From assembly GCF_902713615.1 (NCBI RefSeq), contig NC_052154.1:192796948-192860947 (forward strand): a stretch of DNA of 64,000 nucleotides. Reading direction: 5' to 3'. Both the position numbers and the translations under genes were made by a program. Origin of the DNA: Scyliorhinus canicula. Its lineage: Eukaryota. Within the stretch, counting starts at the first letter, position 1. Every line of letters begins with the position of its first letter. The notes under the pieces are model-generated. The model did not search any database. It worked only from the letters and a program-made list of their open reading frames with translations, and was not told where the DNA came from. Positions 49,741-62,008 of this stretch are shown here, in pieces.

Positions 49741-50729
49741 TGGCCTCCCCTGAGAAGACCAATGATATTCGCTGTCGAGGGTTACTTATTCGGGCCACTC
49801 CAGCGAGTTACTACAGGCTGCTGAGAGTCCATTAAACTCTTCTCCCACAGCAAGGAGTCAAAATCTTCCAGCAGAAGATGGGAGAAAAGTTGGCAAGATC
49901 CAGAACTTCACCTAATCGGGCATTGACAGAGGCATAAAGTGAATGTCAATAGACTATTCGATAATTGTGATGCATCACAGCTGAACTCTGTGGACCTTGC
50001 CACATGTTATTTTCAAGCAAGTGTTGTGACCGTGGTTCAGGAATGGGCCTCCGAACTGATTTCACTTTTCTTCCGCTGCCTAACCCAGACCAACTGTACT
50101 TATAATCTCTCTTTCATTCTCTGGGTGCAAGATCAACATTTATTTCCCATGGGAAGGTGATGGTGAGTCACTTTCTTGAATCACTGCAGCCCATTTGATT
50201 TTCTGTAACAATTTGTTGTTTGATACTATCCTTTCCAGAGGGTAGTTGAAATTCAGCCACATGGCTGTGGGTCTGGAGTCACACATGTGGGCCAGACTGG
50301 GTGAAGAGAGTTCTTGAGCAGCAGTGCATAATTTGGGAAACACAGATTTAGTGGTGCGCAGCTGCAAAGGAACCAAATAAGAAAGTCCCAGTTCTGACCT
50401 CTGGTTTATAGTGAGTCAACTCATCCTAGTCATGGCTTTTATAGAGGACCCCTTGGTTGGCTAACTCCATGGACTGCAGCGGTTCATGAAGGCTGCTCAA
50501 GGGCAAGTAGAGATGGGCATTAAATGCCAGCCTAGCCAGCGAAGCTCACATTCTATATTGGAAGTAAAGACAATGCTTGTGCCTGCAGCATGAGGAATCC
50601 TCGGGTCTTGGGAGGAGGCAGAATCTTCCATGTTATCTTCACTGCTTTTGTTGAGGATATGTAAAATCTTGCTTCTGCTTGATTCATAAATACTGGGTTA
50701 TTTGTACCTTGGTAGGTCAGGTGCAACTG

Positions 50730-51032
50730 AATCATAGAATCCCCCAGAAGGAGACCATTCAGCCCATCAAGTCTGCACCAATCGTCCAAAAGAGCACTCA
50801 ACCTAGGCTCACTCTCCTGCCCTATCCCCATAACCCAACCCAACCTTTAGATGGCCCAGCAGGGCCAATCCACCAGACCTACACATCTTTGAACTGTGGA
50901 AGGAAAGCGGAGCACCCGGAGGAAACCCACACAGACACGGGGAGAAAGTGTAAACTTTGCACAGTTGCCCAAGGTCAGAATTGAACCTGGGTCACTGAAA
51001 CTGAAGCAGCAGCGCTAAATGCTGTGCCACCC
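50730..51032 (-). mobile_element. Older HE1-type SINE
   Basis: aatcatagaatcc tail; HE1 body. Confidence 0.75.
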
Positions 51033-51105
51033 CATTGTTATAAATTAAGAATTTGGAACTAAAGAGTTTTACACTTCAAAACCCCAAACTTACAGCCTTG
51101 ACAGG

Positions 51106-51401
51106 TGTGGTGAATGTAACGTAGTAATTCACACTGTATTTACCAATACTATTGTCAGTGCAGTAGCGTTATACGACCACTAGGGGGAGTAGCTCTGGGA
51201 ATGCTCAGGAGTTTGTGCAGGGCTCCACCCTTGGCTCCGCCCATGACTCCTCCCCCTTGGCTGCTGTATAAATAACCGTGTCCAGGGCCAGCCTGCAGTT
51301 CATCGAGAGTTCAACGGGTAACAGGCTGGCTCTGTAGTAAGTAGATTAAAACCACTGTTCCTATCTTAAAACACGTGTCTCGTGAATTGATGGTTCCATC
51401 A
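51106..51401 (+). mobile_element. Solo LTR with 5-bp TSD
   Basis: TGTGGTG...CCATCA termini; exact TSD ACAGG (51101-51105 / 51402-51406); TATAAATA at ~51267 and ATTAAA at ~51344. Confidence 0.85.
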
Positions 51402-52239
51402 ACAGGACCAGTCAACCGGCTCCTAATCACTGTAAAGTGGCTCTTGATTATTACACAGCAGTGGCTCCCCATCCACGGTCCACTTGGGTGGAGGAAGAGA
51501 TTGTAGTAACCACCTATCTGTTTAACTCCAATCACATTCACTAGCCATATCGTGAAACTTATCCGAATTAAGAGAACTTGTGGAAAAGATAAATATTTCA
51601 CTACATTTTTGTTTAGAAATGTAATACATTATGTGCATTTTTCCAATTAATTCACAAATTATTCATGCCAGTGACAATTATGGGCATTTACATATTATGA
51701 ACATTAATACTGCAAGAGAACATTTGTTACATTTGAGTTTATAAAATCACTTTTCATATCGCTGTGGTGTTGAGTCGGTGACTTGAACATGTGAAGGGCT
51801 CTCTCGGACAACACTTTGAGAACCATTGACTGTGCTGTTGGCACTCCAGTCGAGCCTTGTACAAGAATGGTCATTTCAGTGGCTGGATGATGTCTTTTGA
51901 TGATGGAGTCATTAAAATTAATTAATGTGCTCTCCAATTAATTTCAGCCAGAGTAAGTGGTACTTTCTTACAACTACACCTAACCTTGTCTTACAATTTT
52001 CCTATTTCACTTCTGAAGAGTTCTAAAGACACTCCGACTACTCCCACACCCCAGCCAAATCATTATTTTGTGGGTGAAGATGGAAAATGAGCATTCATTT
52101 GGGGGTCCAGAACTTGAATATTGCTGAAAAGGGAAACCATTTTAATCCTCTCTCTGCCACTGCAGGTGCGATCAACATCGATCAGCAATCCCATTGGGAT
52201 CACCGGGAAAGCCTTCTGACCATTTACTTGTTAATAAAT

Positions 52240-54090
52240 ACTCCATTTTAAAAGCGAGTGTTGGGAAAACAAAGGTTGTTAAAGGGGTTTATTTATTGGT
52301 AAAATTAGAAAGAAGGTATAGTTTTAAGTGTATTTAATTTAATGTTTCTGTTCTTGGACGAGTAAGATTCATGTTGGATGATTTTATTTTTGGTGGTTGG
52401 TTAGGTTCCAACTGTGTTCCTAGGGCTACAGTGTGAAGAATAAATAAAAACGCATAAGCATGTGGGTGTTGCTTGGCAAGTGGGACCTTGTAAAGAGAGA
52501 AGCTTAAAGGATGTGAGGCAACCCGCCTCTACCACCCTCCCAGGCAGTGCATTCCAGACCGTCACCACCTTCTGGGTATGTTTTTCCTGACATACCCCCA
52601 CAAACAGCCCCTCTTCAACTTGTGTCTCCTCGTGACTGAACCTTCAACTAAGGGGAACAGCTGTTCCCTATCCACCCTGTCCATACCCCTCAATCGTGCA
52701 CCCCTCCGTTTTCTCTGCTCCAATGAAAACAACCAACCCAAGCCTATCAACCTCTCCATAACTTAAATGTTCCATCCCAGGCACCATCCTGTTAAATCTC
52801 TTCTGCACCCCCTCCAGTGCAATCACATCCTTCCTATAATGTGGTGACCGGAATTGCACACACTGCTCTAGCTGTGGCCTCACCAAAGTTCTATACAACT
52901 CTCAACATGGCCTCCCTGCTTTTGTAATCTATGCCTCGATTGATAAAGACAAGTGTCCCATATGGCTTATTCACAAACCCTAGTAACCCGTCCTGCTTTA
53001 GTTACTTTGATTGTAATTGTAAATAGGTAGAGAGAGAGAGAAAGCAGATCTCGCAGCTCAGCTGGAAGCAATTGGTTTAGACATAGAGTTAGAATTTTAT
53101 AGTGCAGAAGGCCGGCCCATCGAGTGTGCATCAGCTCTTGGGAAGAGCACCCTACCGAAGCTCACACCTCCACCTTATCCCCAGGAACTCAGTAACCCTA
53201 CCTAACCTTTCTGGAAACCAAGGGCAATTTTAGCGTGGCCAATCCACCTAACCTGCACATCTTTGGACTGTGGGAGGGAACCGGAGCACCCGGAGGAAAC
53301 CCACGCAGACATTGGGAGGACGTGCAGACTCCGCACAGACTGTGACTCAAGCCGGGAATCGAACCTAGGACCCCCGAGGTGTGAAGCAACTGTGATAGCC
53401 TCTGTGCTACCGTGCTGGTTTAGAAGGCTAGAGAGGGAACAACTCTGTTTTTATAGAAGAAGTCATACAATGGAATAATGATCACGAAAACGGATGCCGG
53501 AAATGAAAGTCCAGCTAGTTAAGGAAACCAGAGAAGTGTCCAATAAGTCAAGTGAACGGAGACTAAGGTATTATTCAGAAGAATTTGAGGGAGAGTAAAC
53601 AAAATGTTCTGAATTAAGAGATTGTTGCAGTAACTGGATTTAAAAGTGGGACAGCAGACTTCAGGAAATAAATTAAACGTCTGATGAAATTTTGATACAA
53701 TCTGGGAATTAAAGGTTAAAGCAATTGTGAACAGTTTGCGCACAGTCAAGACAGAGATCCTAAAGTGGTTGATGTGAAATCCTGGACTGGATTCTCTGAA
53801 AAGTGGAGCGGAAGCTTTGATTGAAGTGTCTTTTGTAAAACCTGGATTGGAATTTGGAGTGCAAGCTACTAAGGGAAAACGTTATGAGAGAAGGTTTTGG
53901 GAGTGGAGTTCGGAAGCTCTCCCATAACAATCATGTGGGGAGATTCTGAGGAGAAATCCACAAAACACTAACTTGGGTTCAGAGCCGAGTGTGTCTATTT
54001 GACCACAAGTCATCTTGTGTGCTTTAATGTGGGGGGGGCATCAATTTTTTTCATGTTCTCGTTAAAACTAATTAACGATCCTGTGACTTT
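52240..54090. mobile_element. Decayed LTR-like sequence with a CR1 fragment (52500-52990, minus) and an HE1 (53085-53417, minus)
   Basis: CR1 remnant YRTLVRPQLEQCVQF.SPHYRKDVIALEGVQKRF; full HE1; TGTTGGG start at ~52239. Confidence 0.5.
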
Positions 54091-54554
54091 TTTTAAAAAA
54101 AGAGAAGAGCTCGGGCATTATTTTATTTTAATTTTGTGATATATTTAATCTATTTATAACACTTCAAAATGTGAGTGTATTGGAATTCATCTTTAATTTA
54201 CATTAGCCAAGCGTGATGAATGTAGGAAATAGTTATATCTTATATATTTTGTTCTAGTAATATTTTCAAACCTGTGGGTTCAAATACATGCAGGCAATAT
54301 GTCTGCTAAAGCTGTGAGTAAAAGGGTTGTAAAGGTGAAGTAACCACTTACTTTGTTTACATGTAGATGGCCAATGGAATATATTTACGGGGATTCGTGG
54401 GGTGTAAACAATTTAGGAGGGGTTCTGTTTAGTCCTAGCTAAGCGGGCCATGGAACATTTTAATGGGAGGAGACTGAGGAATGCCTTGTGCTTGGGATAC
54501 AGATGATGTAGTTAATGGGGAGGGGGAGCCAAGTCTGTCTGTACTTTTGCAGTT

Positions 54555-55397
54555 TGTTATGGGCCAGGGTTTAGAAAACTCCAGTATATCATGGAGTTCA
54601 CCTGACCTACAACTGTTAATTTTGGTTACAAGGAGCACAAGGTGTTATTCAACAGAGGCCTTAAGCACTTTTTTTTTTTTTTTTATAAATTTAGATTACC
54701 CAATTATTTTTTCCAATTAAGGGGCAATTTAGTGTGGCCAATACACCTATTCTGCACGTTTTTGGGTTGTGGGGGCGAAACCCACGCAGACACGGGGAGA
54801 ATGTGCAAACTCCACACGGACAGTGACCCAGAGCCAGGATCGAACCTGGGACCTCAGCGCCGTGAGGTGGTTGTGCTAACCACTAGGCCACCGTGCTGCC
54901 CTGCCTTAAGCACTTTTAATCAAAAACAAAAGTTTATTCTATGAATTCAGTTAACATTTTTATAAACACGCAGTAAGCATTTTTATCAACTACAAACATA
55001 AATACTTCGCACAGCTACAGTACTCTAATATATTCCTTAATAACTTCCCTTAACTGTTTCAATTTGATAACCACATCCAATAAACCAGGAAACCCTTTTA
55101 CCAAAACAGTCGGTTTGAATTCCTTCCAGAAAACAATTATCACTGTGAAATTATCAAGTGATCTGGAGACACCTTTTTAACATGCGGAGAGAGAGAGAGA
55201 GACACTCAATATCCTTGTCGTCTGAATATAGCAGCCAAAGGTCTAAACCAAAAGTAAAACTCAGAACCACACAACAGCTTTCAGCTCAAAAACGAAATTT
55301 AAAAACCCAGAGCCACAGCCCAGGTCCACCCACACAATGACATCACTGAAGCCATGTGATAAGACAGAACATTTCTTAAAGGGACATTCCCATGACC
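54555..55397 (-). mobile_element. Solo LTR (family of 7802-8423) containing an HE1 (54670-54901), itself inside another LTR-like sequence (~54210-56270)
   Basis: TGTTATGGGCCAGGGTTTAG...CCCATGAC(C); HE1 TSD GCCTTAAGCACTTTT. Confidence 0.8.
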
Positions 55398-55709
55398 GGT
55401 TTGCTATAGGATTTGAGTCTGACAAGTCCGATGGATATTCAGATTGTTTCTGAAAGTGTGTCTCTCCAAAGGGCTGCACAGTGAAGCAGGTAACCCTGAT
55501 GGTTAACATTTATTTGTGCCTTTTGAAATGTACGGGTTGCTTAATTAGAATATATAATGACAGGTGTAAATAGTGAGGGGAAAGTTTTTTTTTTTTCCCT
55601 TTTACTTGAGAACTTAATTGGAATGCTGTTACTGTGTTGCTAATGTGATTGATTCTGTGTTTAAAAACTGTTTTAACATGCAATATACCTATTGGCCACT
55701 CCTGTGGTT

Positions 55710-56232
55710 ATTTTTTTTAAAAATTAGAGTACCCAATTCATTTTTTTCAATTGAGGGGCAATTTAGCATGGCCAATCACCTATCCTGCACATCTTTGGGT
55801 TGTGGGGGCGAAACCCACGCAGACACTGAGATGTGCAAAATCCACACGGACAGTGACCCAAAGCCGGGATCGAACCTGGGACCACGGCGCCGTGAGACAG
55901 CAGTGCTAACCTGGTGGTTTATAATAAAAATCTTTATTATTGTCACAAGTAGGCTTACATTAACACTGCAATGAAGTTATTGTGAAAAGCTCCTAGTCGC
56001 CACATTCCGGCGCCTGTTCGGGTACACAGAGGGAGAATTCAAAATGTCCAAATTACCTAACAACACATCTTTCTGGACTTGTGGTAGGAAACTGGAGCAC
56101 CCGGAGGAACCCCACGCAGACACGGGGAGAATGTATAGACTCTGTACAGTCAGTAACCCAAGCCGGGAATCGAACCTGGGACCTTAGCGCTGTGAAGCCA
56201 AACTGCTAACCACTGTGCTACTATGCAGCCCA
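55710..56232 (-). mobile_element. HE1 (55710-55911) and a chimeric HE1/L2-tail SINE (55921-56232)
   Basis: Similarity to other copies in the window. Confidence 0.8.
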
Positions 56233-56410
56233 GTAGTCTTCCCTCAGTCTTACAAATTGCAAGTTGCTGGCGTTCGCATACTGTAGTCATCTATTCTGAT
56301 GTTTAGCAGTTTTAGTATCTTCAGTATTTATTATGTCTGTGCTCACGCTTGCTACATACTATGACAAGCTTTCACCCTATTGTTTAATCTACCGCTCATT
56401 TTCTTCTTAG

Positions 56411-56537
56411 GGCTCAACCGCGCCATTCTGCAAATCCCAGCTCCTCCAAATTTGCCAGTAAGTTTGGTGGTGCGGAAAAGTGCCCACGATGCAGCCAGTC
56501 TGTGTATGCAGCTGAGAAGGTGATTGGAGGTGGAAAG
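56411..56537 (+). CDS. CSRP3: CSRP3 third coding exon (linker and start of LIM2); not in the ORF track
   Basis: Acceptor ttttcttcttAG|G (phase 2), donor AAG|GTAGGA. Encodes [42 protein letters not shown]. Confidence 0.95.
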
Positions 56538-56809
56538 GTAGGAAAATGTAACACTCGCGTAATTCTTCCAATGGTAGAGCTGTCAGCCAAGGGGTGGGAA
56601 TAGTACAAATGGTAATGGGGTTAAAGATGTGCGTTGGTAGCTAGCATACTCAAATGATTGCTTCATTCAAGTATTCTCAATGTCACGTAAGAAACATAAC
56701 TCCCCAACTAGCAATGATCCAAATGGGTGGAGTTCTCAAATCCCCTCCTCTCAACATTCCAGTGAACCTGACCCCACCCACCCAGCTCTGAAACATTCGG
56801 ATTAACGTC

Positions 56810-57960
56810 TGTAGTAGGGAGTCCATTATCAAGGATTTCATAGCACAGCATTTGGAAAGCAATGGTGAAGTCAGCATGGATTTGCAAAAGGGAAATCGTG
56901 CTTGACAAATACAGTTAACCTGGGAGAATCTGTGGATGTAGTTTATTTAGACTTTCAGAGGGCTTTTGCTATGTAAAGTTAAAGCGGGTAGTGTCATGAG
57001 ATGGATAGAAAGCTGGCTAGCAGACGGGAAGCAAAATGTTGGAATAAATGGGACTCTTTTCCGATTGGCAGGCAATGACAAGTGGGGTAGCTCGGGGATC
57101 TGTGCTCAGACCCCAACTGTTCACATTATATATTAATGATTTGGAAGAGGAAACTAAATATTTTATCTCCAAATTTGCAGACGATACAAAGTTGGGTGGG
57201 AGGGCGAGCTGTGAGGAGGATGCAGAGATGCTTCAGTGGGATTTGGATGGGCTGAGCGAGTGGGCATGTGAATGGCAAGATTATTATTTAAATGGGTGGT
57301 GGATACTCAGCGAGACCTTGGGTGTCCTCGTGCATCAGTCGCTGAAAGTAAGCGTGCAGGTACAGCCGGCAGTAAAGAAGGCAAATGGTATGTTGGCCTT
57401 CATAGCGAGAGGATTTGAGTGTAGGAATAAGGATGTTGTACTGCAATTGTATAGGGCATTGGTGAGGCCACACCTGGAGTATTGTGTAGTTTTGGTATCC
57501 CTATCTGAGGAAGGATGTTCTTGCTATGGAGGGAGTGCAGCAAAGGTTTACCAGGCTGATTCCTGGGATGGTGGAAAGACTAAATCAGTTAGGATTATTT
57601 TCATTGTAGTTTAGAAGAGTGAGAAGGGATCTCATAGGATTAGACAGTGTGGGTTCGGAAAGAATGTTACCAATGATGGGGGAATCCAGAACTAGGGATC
57701 ATATAACCCCAAGGGGTGAGGTGAGGAGAAATTTCTTCACCCAGACGGTGCTGAATCTGGAATTCGTTACCACAGAATGTAGTTGAGGCCACAACGTTGT
57801 GTAATTTCAAGAAGGAATTAGATACAGCTCTTGGAACTCAAGGGATATGGGGGGGGGGGGAAGATGGAATAAGGGTATTGGACTTGATGATCAGCCAATG
57901 AATGGCGAGGCAGGCCCAAAGGGCCGAAAGACCACCTCTTGCTTCTATTTTCTATGTATG
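56810..57960 (+). mobile_element. Decayed CR1 LINE RT/3' fragment
   Basis: SGV..GSVL.PQLFTLYINDL...KFADDTKLGG...LYRALVRPHLEYCV; tail ttctatgtatgt. Confidence 0.88.
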
Positions 57961-59049
57961 TTTCTCGCCGAATACCAATTGGCTTCTTGTCCCTGATGCT
58001 TCCTGTGCTCCAGCAGACCGTGACCCCACCTGACAGTGCAGATGGTGGAGGCAGTTGAACCCGTCCAGGAAGAACCCAATGAGTTGGAATATTTAGTTGT
58101 GTATTGAGATTGGGACATGTGCCTATTCTTGCTACAGTACAGGCTACCCGGATTGAGTTTTGATATCATTAAGGCCACCCAAATAAAAGCCCAGGGGCTT
58201 AGTATCAGACATTGAACTATATTCCGAAAAGCCTTGTGGTCGCTTGTTGCCTTCCTGCAGTTGGCCCAAGTAGGTTCGAAGAGTTCAAGCACCTAACAAT
58301 CTTTGCAGGAAGAGAATTGGGACTGTACGATCTTCCGTGAATAAAAAAAGCTACTTTTCCAGTTACGACTACAGAGTATTTTTAACATCATTTCAGTTTG
58401 ATCTTTGTGTGCTGATGTAGGAAAGGTGGAGAGGCAAAAAGGAATAATTAAATTTGGTGCGTGAGAAGTGAATTAATATCAGCAATGACACGGCCATTAA
58501 CCTAAACTGCTTTGCAATCACATCAGTTAGTTTTCCTGTGTCCCCCTATTCACTGAATTTGTTTTTTTTCTTTTTTTTCCCAACACCAGCAAGTTCTGAA
58601 ATCTGGCACAGAATCTGTCCCCAGTTTGCCAGGTTTGCGTTAAAGTTTAGCTTGATTTTTCGAGCCATTGCAAAGATTGGAAACCACTAACTGTGGGTGA
58701 GCAGTGTTTTATTTACTCCAGCTCCTCTCCTTTCTTTTTTTTTTATAGCAGGGTTTGAATCACAACATTCCTTTTTGTTCATTCCTGTGTTACTCATCAA
58801 GCCTAAATGGAACATTAAGATTCCTTGCACTGACTCAATGGGTATACATAGTATCCCATGATTTATTGAGCAGGGTGGCTGCCTGTCTCAATCGCTGATC
58901 CAAAGCGTGCTCCATTGTTGAGGAAAATCTATCCCATGGGTCATTGGTGATCCCTACTGGAACTTTCCCTAAATGTGTCTGGGTACATGGGATACAGGTT
59001 AGTCTGTGATTTCATTCCCACTTCAGTGCACTTTTGAGATACATTCACC

Positions 59050-61960
59050 AAACAATTGACTGGAACGGAGAACTGCCCATGTTGCCGTGGACCCAGGCAC
59101 TTCAACATTGTCACTTCCTTGCAAGAGATCCAAAGGGCAGCTGAAGGAAGATGGTGGTGGTTACACCACCTTCTGCAGGGGCTGGTTTAGCACACTGGGC
59201 TAAATCGCTGGCTTTTAAAGCAGACCAAGGCAGGCCAGCAGCACGGTGCGATTCCCGTAGCAGCCTCCCCGAACAGGCGCCGGAATGTGGCGACTAGGGG
59301 CTTTTCACAGTAACTTCATTGAAGCCTACTCGTGACAATAATGAGCGATTTTCATTTTCTGGAGAGAGAACATGAGGGTCAGCCCAGGACGTATGGAATT
59401 GAACTCTCCATCATGAACACACTTATCAACCATCTCTCAGAGCTCCCCGTTGGCATCAATAAGGCACCTCATGACTCTTTGGCTTGAACTTGCCAAGAAC
59501 CAGCATGGCAACAGTTTACATTTTTGTTTTTATAAATTTAGTGTACCTAATTCTTAAGGGGCAATTTAGCGTGGCCAATCCACCTACCCAGCACATATTT
59601 GGGTTGTGGGGGCGAAACCCACACAAACACGGGGAGAATGTGCAAATTCCACACGGACAGTGACCCAGAGCCGGGATCGAACCTGGGACCTTGGCGCCGT
59701 GAGGCAGCAGGGCTAACCCACTGCGCCACCCTGCTGCCCTACAACAGTTTACATTGATGCCAATGATGATTCCAAAGAAGGATTCGATTCCACCCTGGAC
59801 ACCATATTCCTGAGGAAGGTAAGATCATTCTCCTTGAGAACGTCAATGCCAAGGTTGGAAACGACTCCCAAATCTGGAAACGAACCGTTGGAAAGGAGGA
59901 AATTGCAAGTCGGGTTCTCCCGCTCACCAAATGTGCGGAACACCAGCTTGTTATCACTAGCACGCTGTTCTACCAAAAAGATTTCCTGGAGACATCCACT
60001 GACATGATCCTGGGACCAAAAGGATGCCCTAATCACCAAAGCAATGGACCAGTGCAGATGACCACTGGACGGATCGCCAGCTCATCCACTCCTCATGTCC
60101 ATCAAACTCCACCGGCAGCAGCAAAAGATGAAGACTAAACTCTGTAAAAAGATCAATGTTGAGCAGCTTCAAGAGCCAAGCATGTTGATGAACTTCCAAC
60201 AATATTTTCTCAATGGTATATTCTAATAGAGTGGAGGAAAACTGGAAAAAGCTGAAGACGGCCATTGGCTACAAGACCAGGCAATGCCAAGATAGGTTCA
60301 ATGAGAACGACCTCATCAACAAGAAGAGGGAGGCTCTTCATGCCTGTCAAACAACATAACGAGAGAGGCAGAGGTGTGTGCCTCAATCAGCCAACCAGCA
60401 AGACAGGAGAGTGCCTCAATCAGACAAGGCAAAGGTATAAAGAAGAACGAGGGAAATCCAGAACCAGTGGAGTGACTGAGAAAGCTAAGGAGCTGCAACT
60501 CCTCACTGACCGGCACAACACCCTGGCGTCAGTGTCACCATGGCAATATGTGGACCCAAAATCAGTCACCATTCTCCATTTGCTCCACGATCCTCACCAA
60601 CAGAACCACCACGGACCCAATGCATGTACAAACTGGGGTCAAACTGGGCTGTGTCATTGCACCAATTCTCTTCTCTATCTTCCTCGTAGTAACGCTCGCG
60701 CACTATCACCCCGATGTTTGCCACTGGAGTGGAACTTGTGGTGATACATGTATAGACATATCAATGCATAATTACATAGTTGTATATATTTGTATTAATA
60801 GTGCCACTGACCAATATGTCGGCACAGTTATGACCTCCCACCAGTGTTCTATGTTACCTTCATGATCAAGGAAGCAACCAAACACCACTACAGAGCTAAC
60901 CTACTGAACCAGCGGGAAACTGTTCAACCTCCACCTCCAGACCAGAACCAAGACCACCCCAACCTCAGGGCAGCACAGTGGCTCAGTGGGTTAGCACTGC
61001 AGTCTCATGGCGCTGAGGTCCCAGGTTCGATCCCGGCTCTGAATCACTGTCCATGTGGAGTTTGCACATTCTCCCCGTGTTTGCGTGGGTTTCGCCCCCA
61101 CAACCCAAAGATGTGCAAGATAGGTGGATTGAACACACTAAATCGCCCCTTAATTGGAAAAAATTAATTGGGTACTCTAAATTTATTTTTTTTTAAAGAC
61201 CACCCCAACCTCTTGTCATCGAGCTGCAGTGCTCCGAAGATGCCTGTGTGTGTCTGTGCATACTCGGGAGGCCAAGCTACAAACCATCATCAACACATTC
61301 ACTGGGGCGTATGAGAGAATGGGCCTCTGACTAAACAGAGGAAAACAAAGGTTATCTAACAGCCCACTCCTGCCACACAAAACTGCGCCCCCCCCCCCCC
61401 TCCAACCATTAAGATCCATGGTGAACCCCTGGACAATGTGGGTTATTTCCCAAACCTCGGGAGCCTCCTCTCCGTGAGAGCAGGCATTGACGATGAAATC
61501 CAGCATCAACTCCACTCCAATGCACCAGTGCAGTCTTCGGATGCCTGAGGAATGAAGTGTTCGAAGACCGAGACCCCAAATCCAGCACCAAGCTCATGGT
61601 CTACAGAGCAACTGTGGTCACTGCCCTCCTATATGCATCTGGACAATGTACAGCAGACACCTCATCCCTGGAGAGATCTAATCAATGTTGCCTGGGCAAA
61701 ATCCTACAAATCTGAAGCGAAATGAAACATCCCATTGACACGTGGAAATCGTTTGCCTTGGAATGCACAAAAAGTGGAGATCTAAGGCGTTAATCACCTT
61801 GCGCATCGCAGGGTGGAGCATGCGGAAGCTGTGCCATCTGCCAAACCTGTGGCAGAGTGCGGATCCAGGATTGGACTATTCAGCCACCACAGAACTCCCC
61901 TCCCCAGAGTGGAAGCAAGTCATCCTCAACGCTGAGGGACTACCCAAGAAAGGGCTATAG
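59050..61960 (+). mobile_element. Decayed RTE-clade LINE (endonuclease to 3' end) with nested insertions
   Basis: GQLKEDGGGYT, KIILL..VNAKVGND..IWK, VQTGVKLGCVIAPILFSIF, YFPNLGSLLS..AGIDDEI. Inserts: short SINE 59178-59358, HE1 59521-59739 (TSD CAACAGTTTACATT), HE1 60968-61197 (TSD AAGACCACCCCAACCTC), LTR-like piece ~60737-60845. Confidence 0.8.
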
Positions 61961-62008
61961 GCCCAACATCCTAGACCTCAAACTGGCGCAGAGTAAGGGT
62001 GGAACTCT

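Noticed and set aside
49169-49835. Multiple ORFs with LPSGSPIWVSHLG / MGDPDGRPRWETQ repeats; also a CRISPR-like appearance
   Set aside because: These are translations of a 13-bp minisatellite. There are no spacers or cas genes and the context is eukaryotic.
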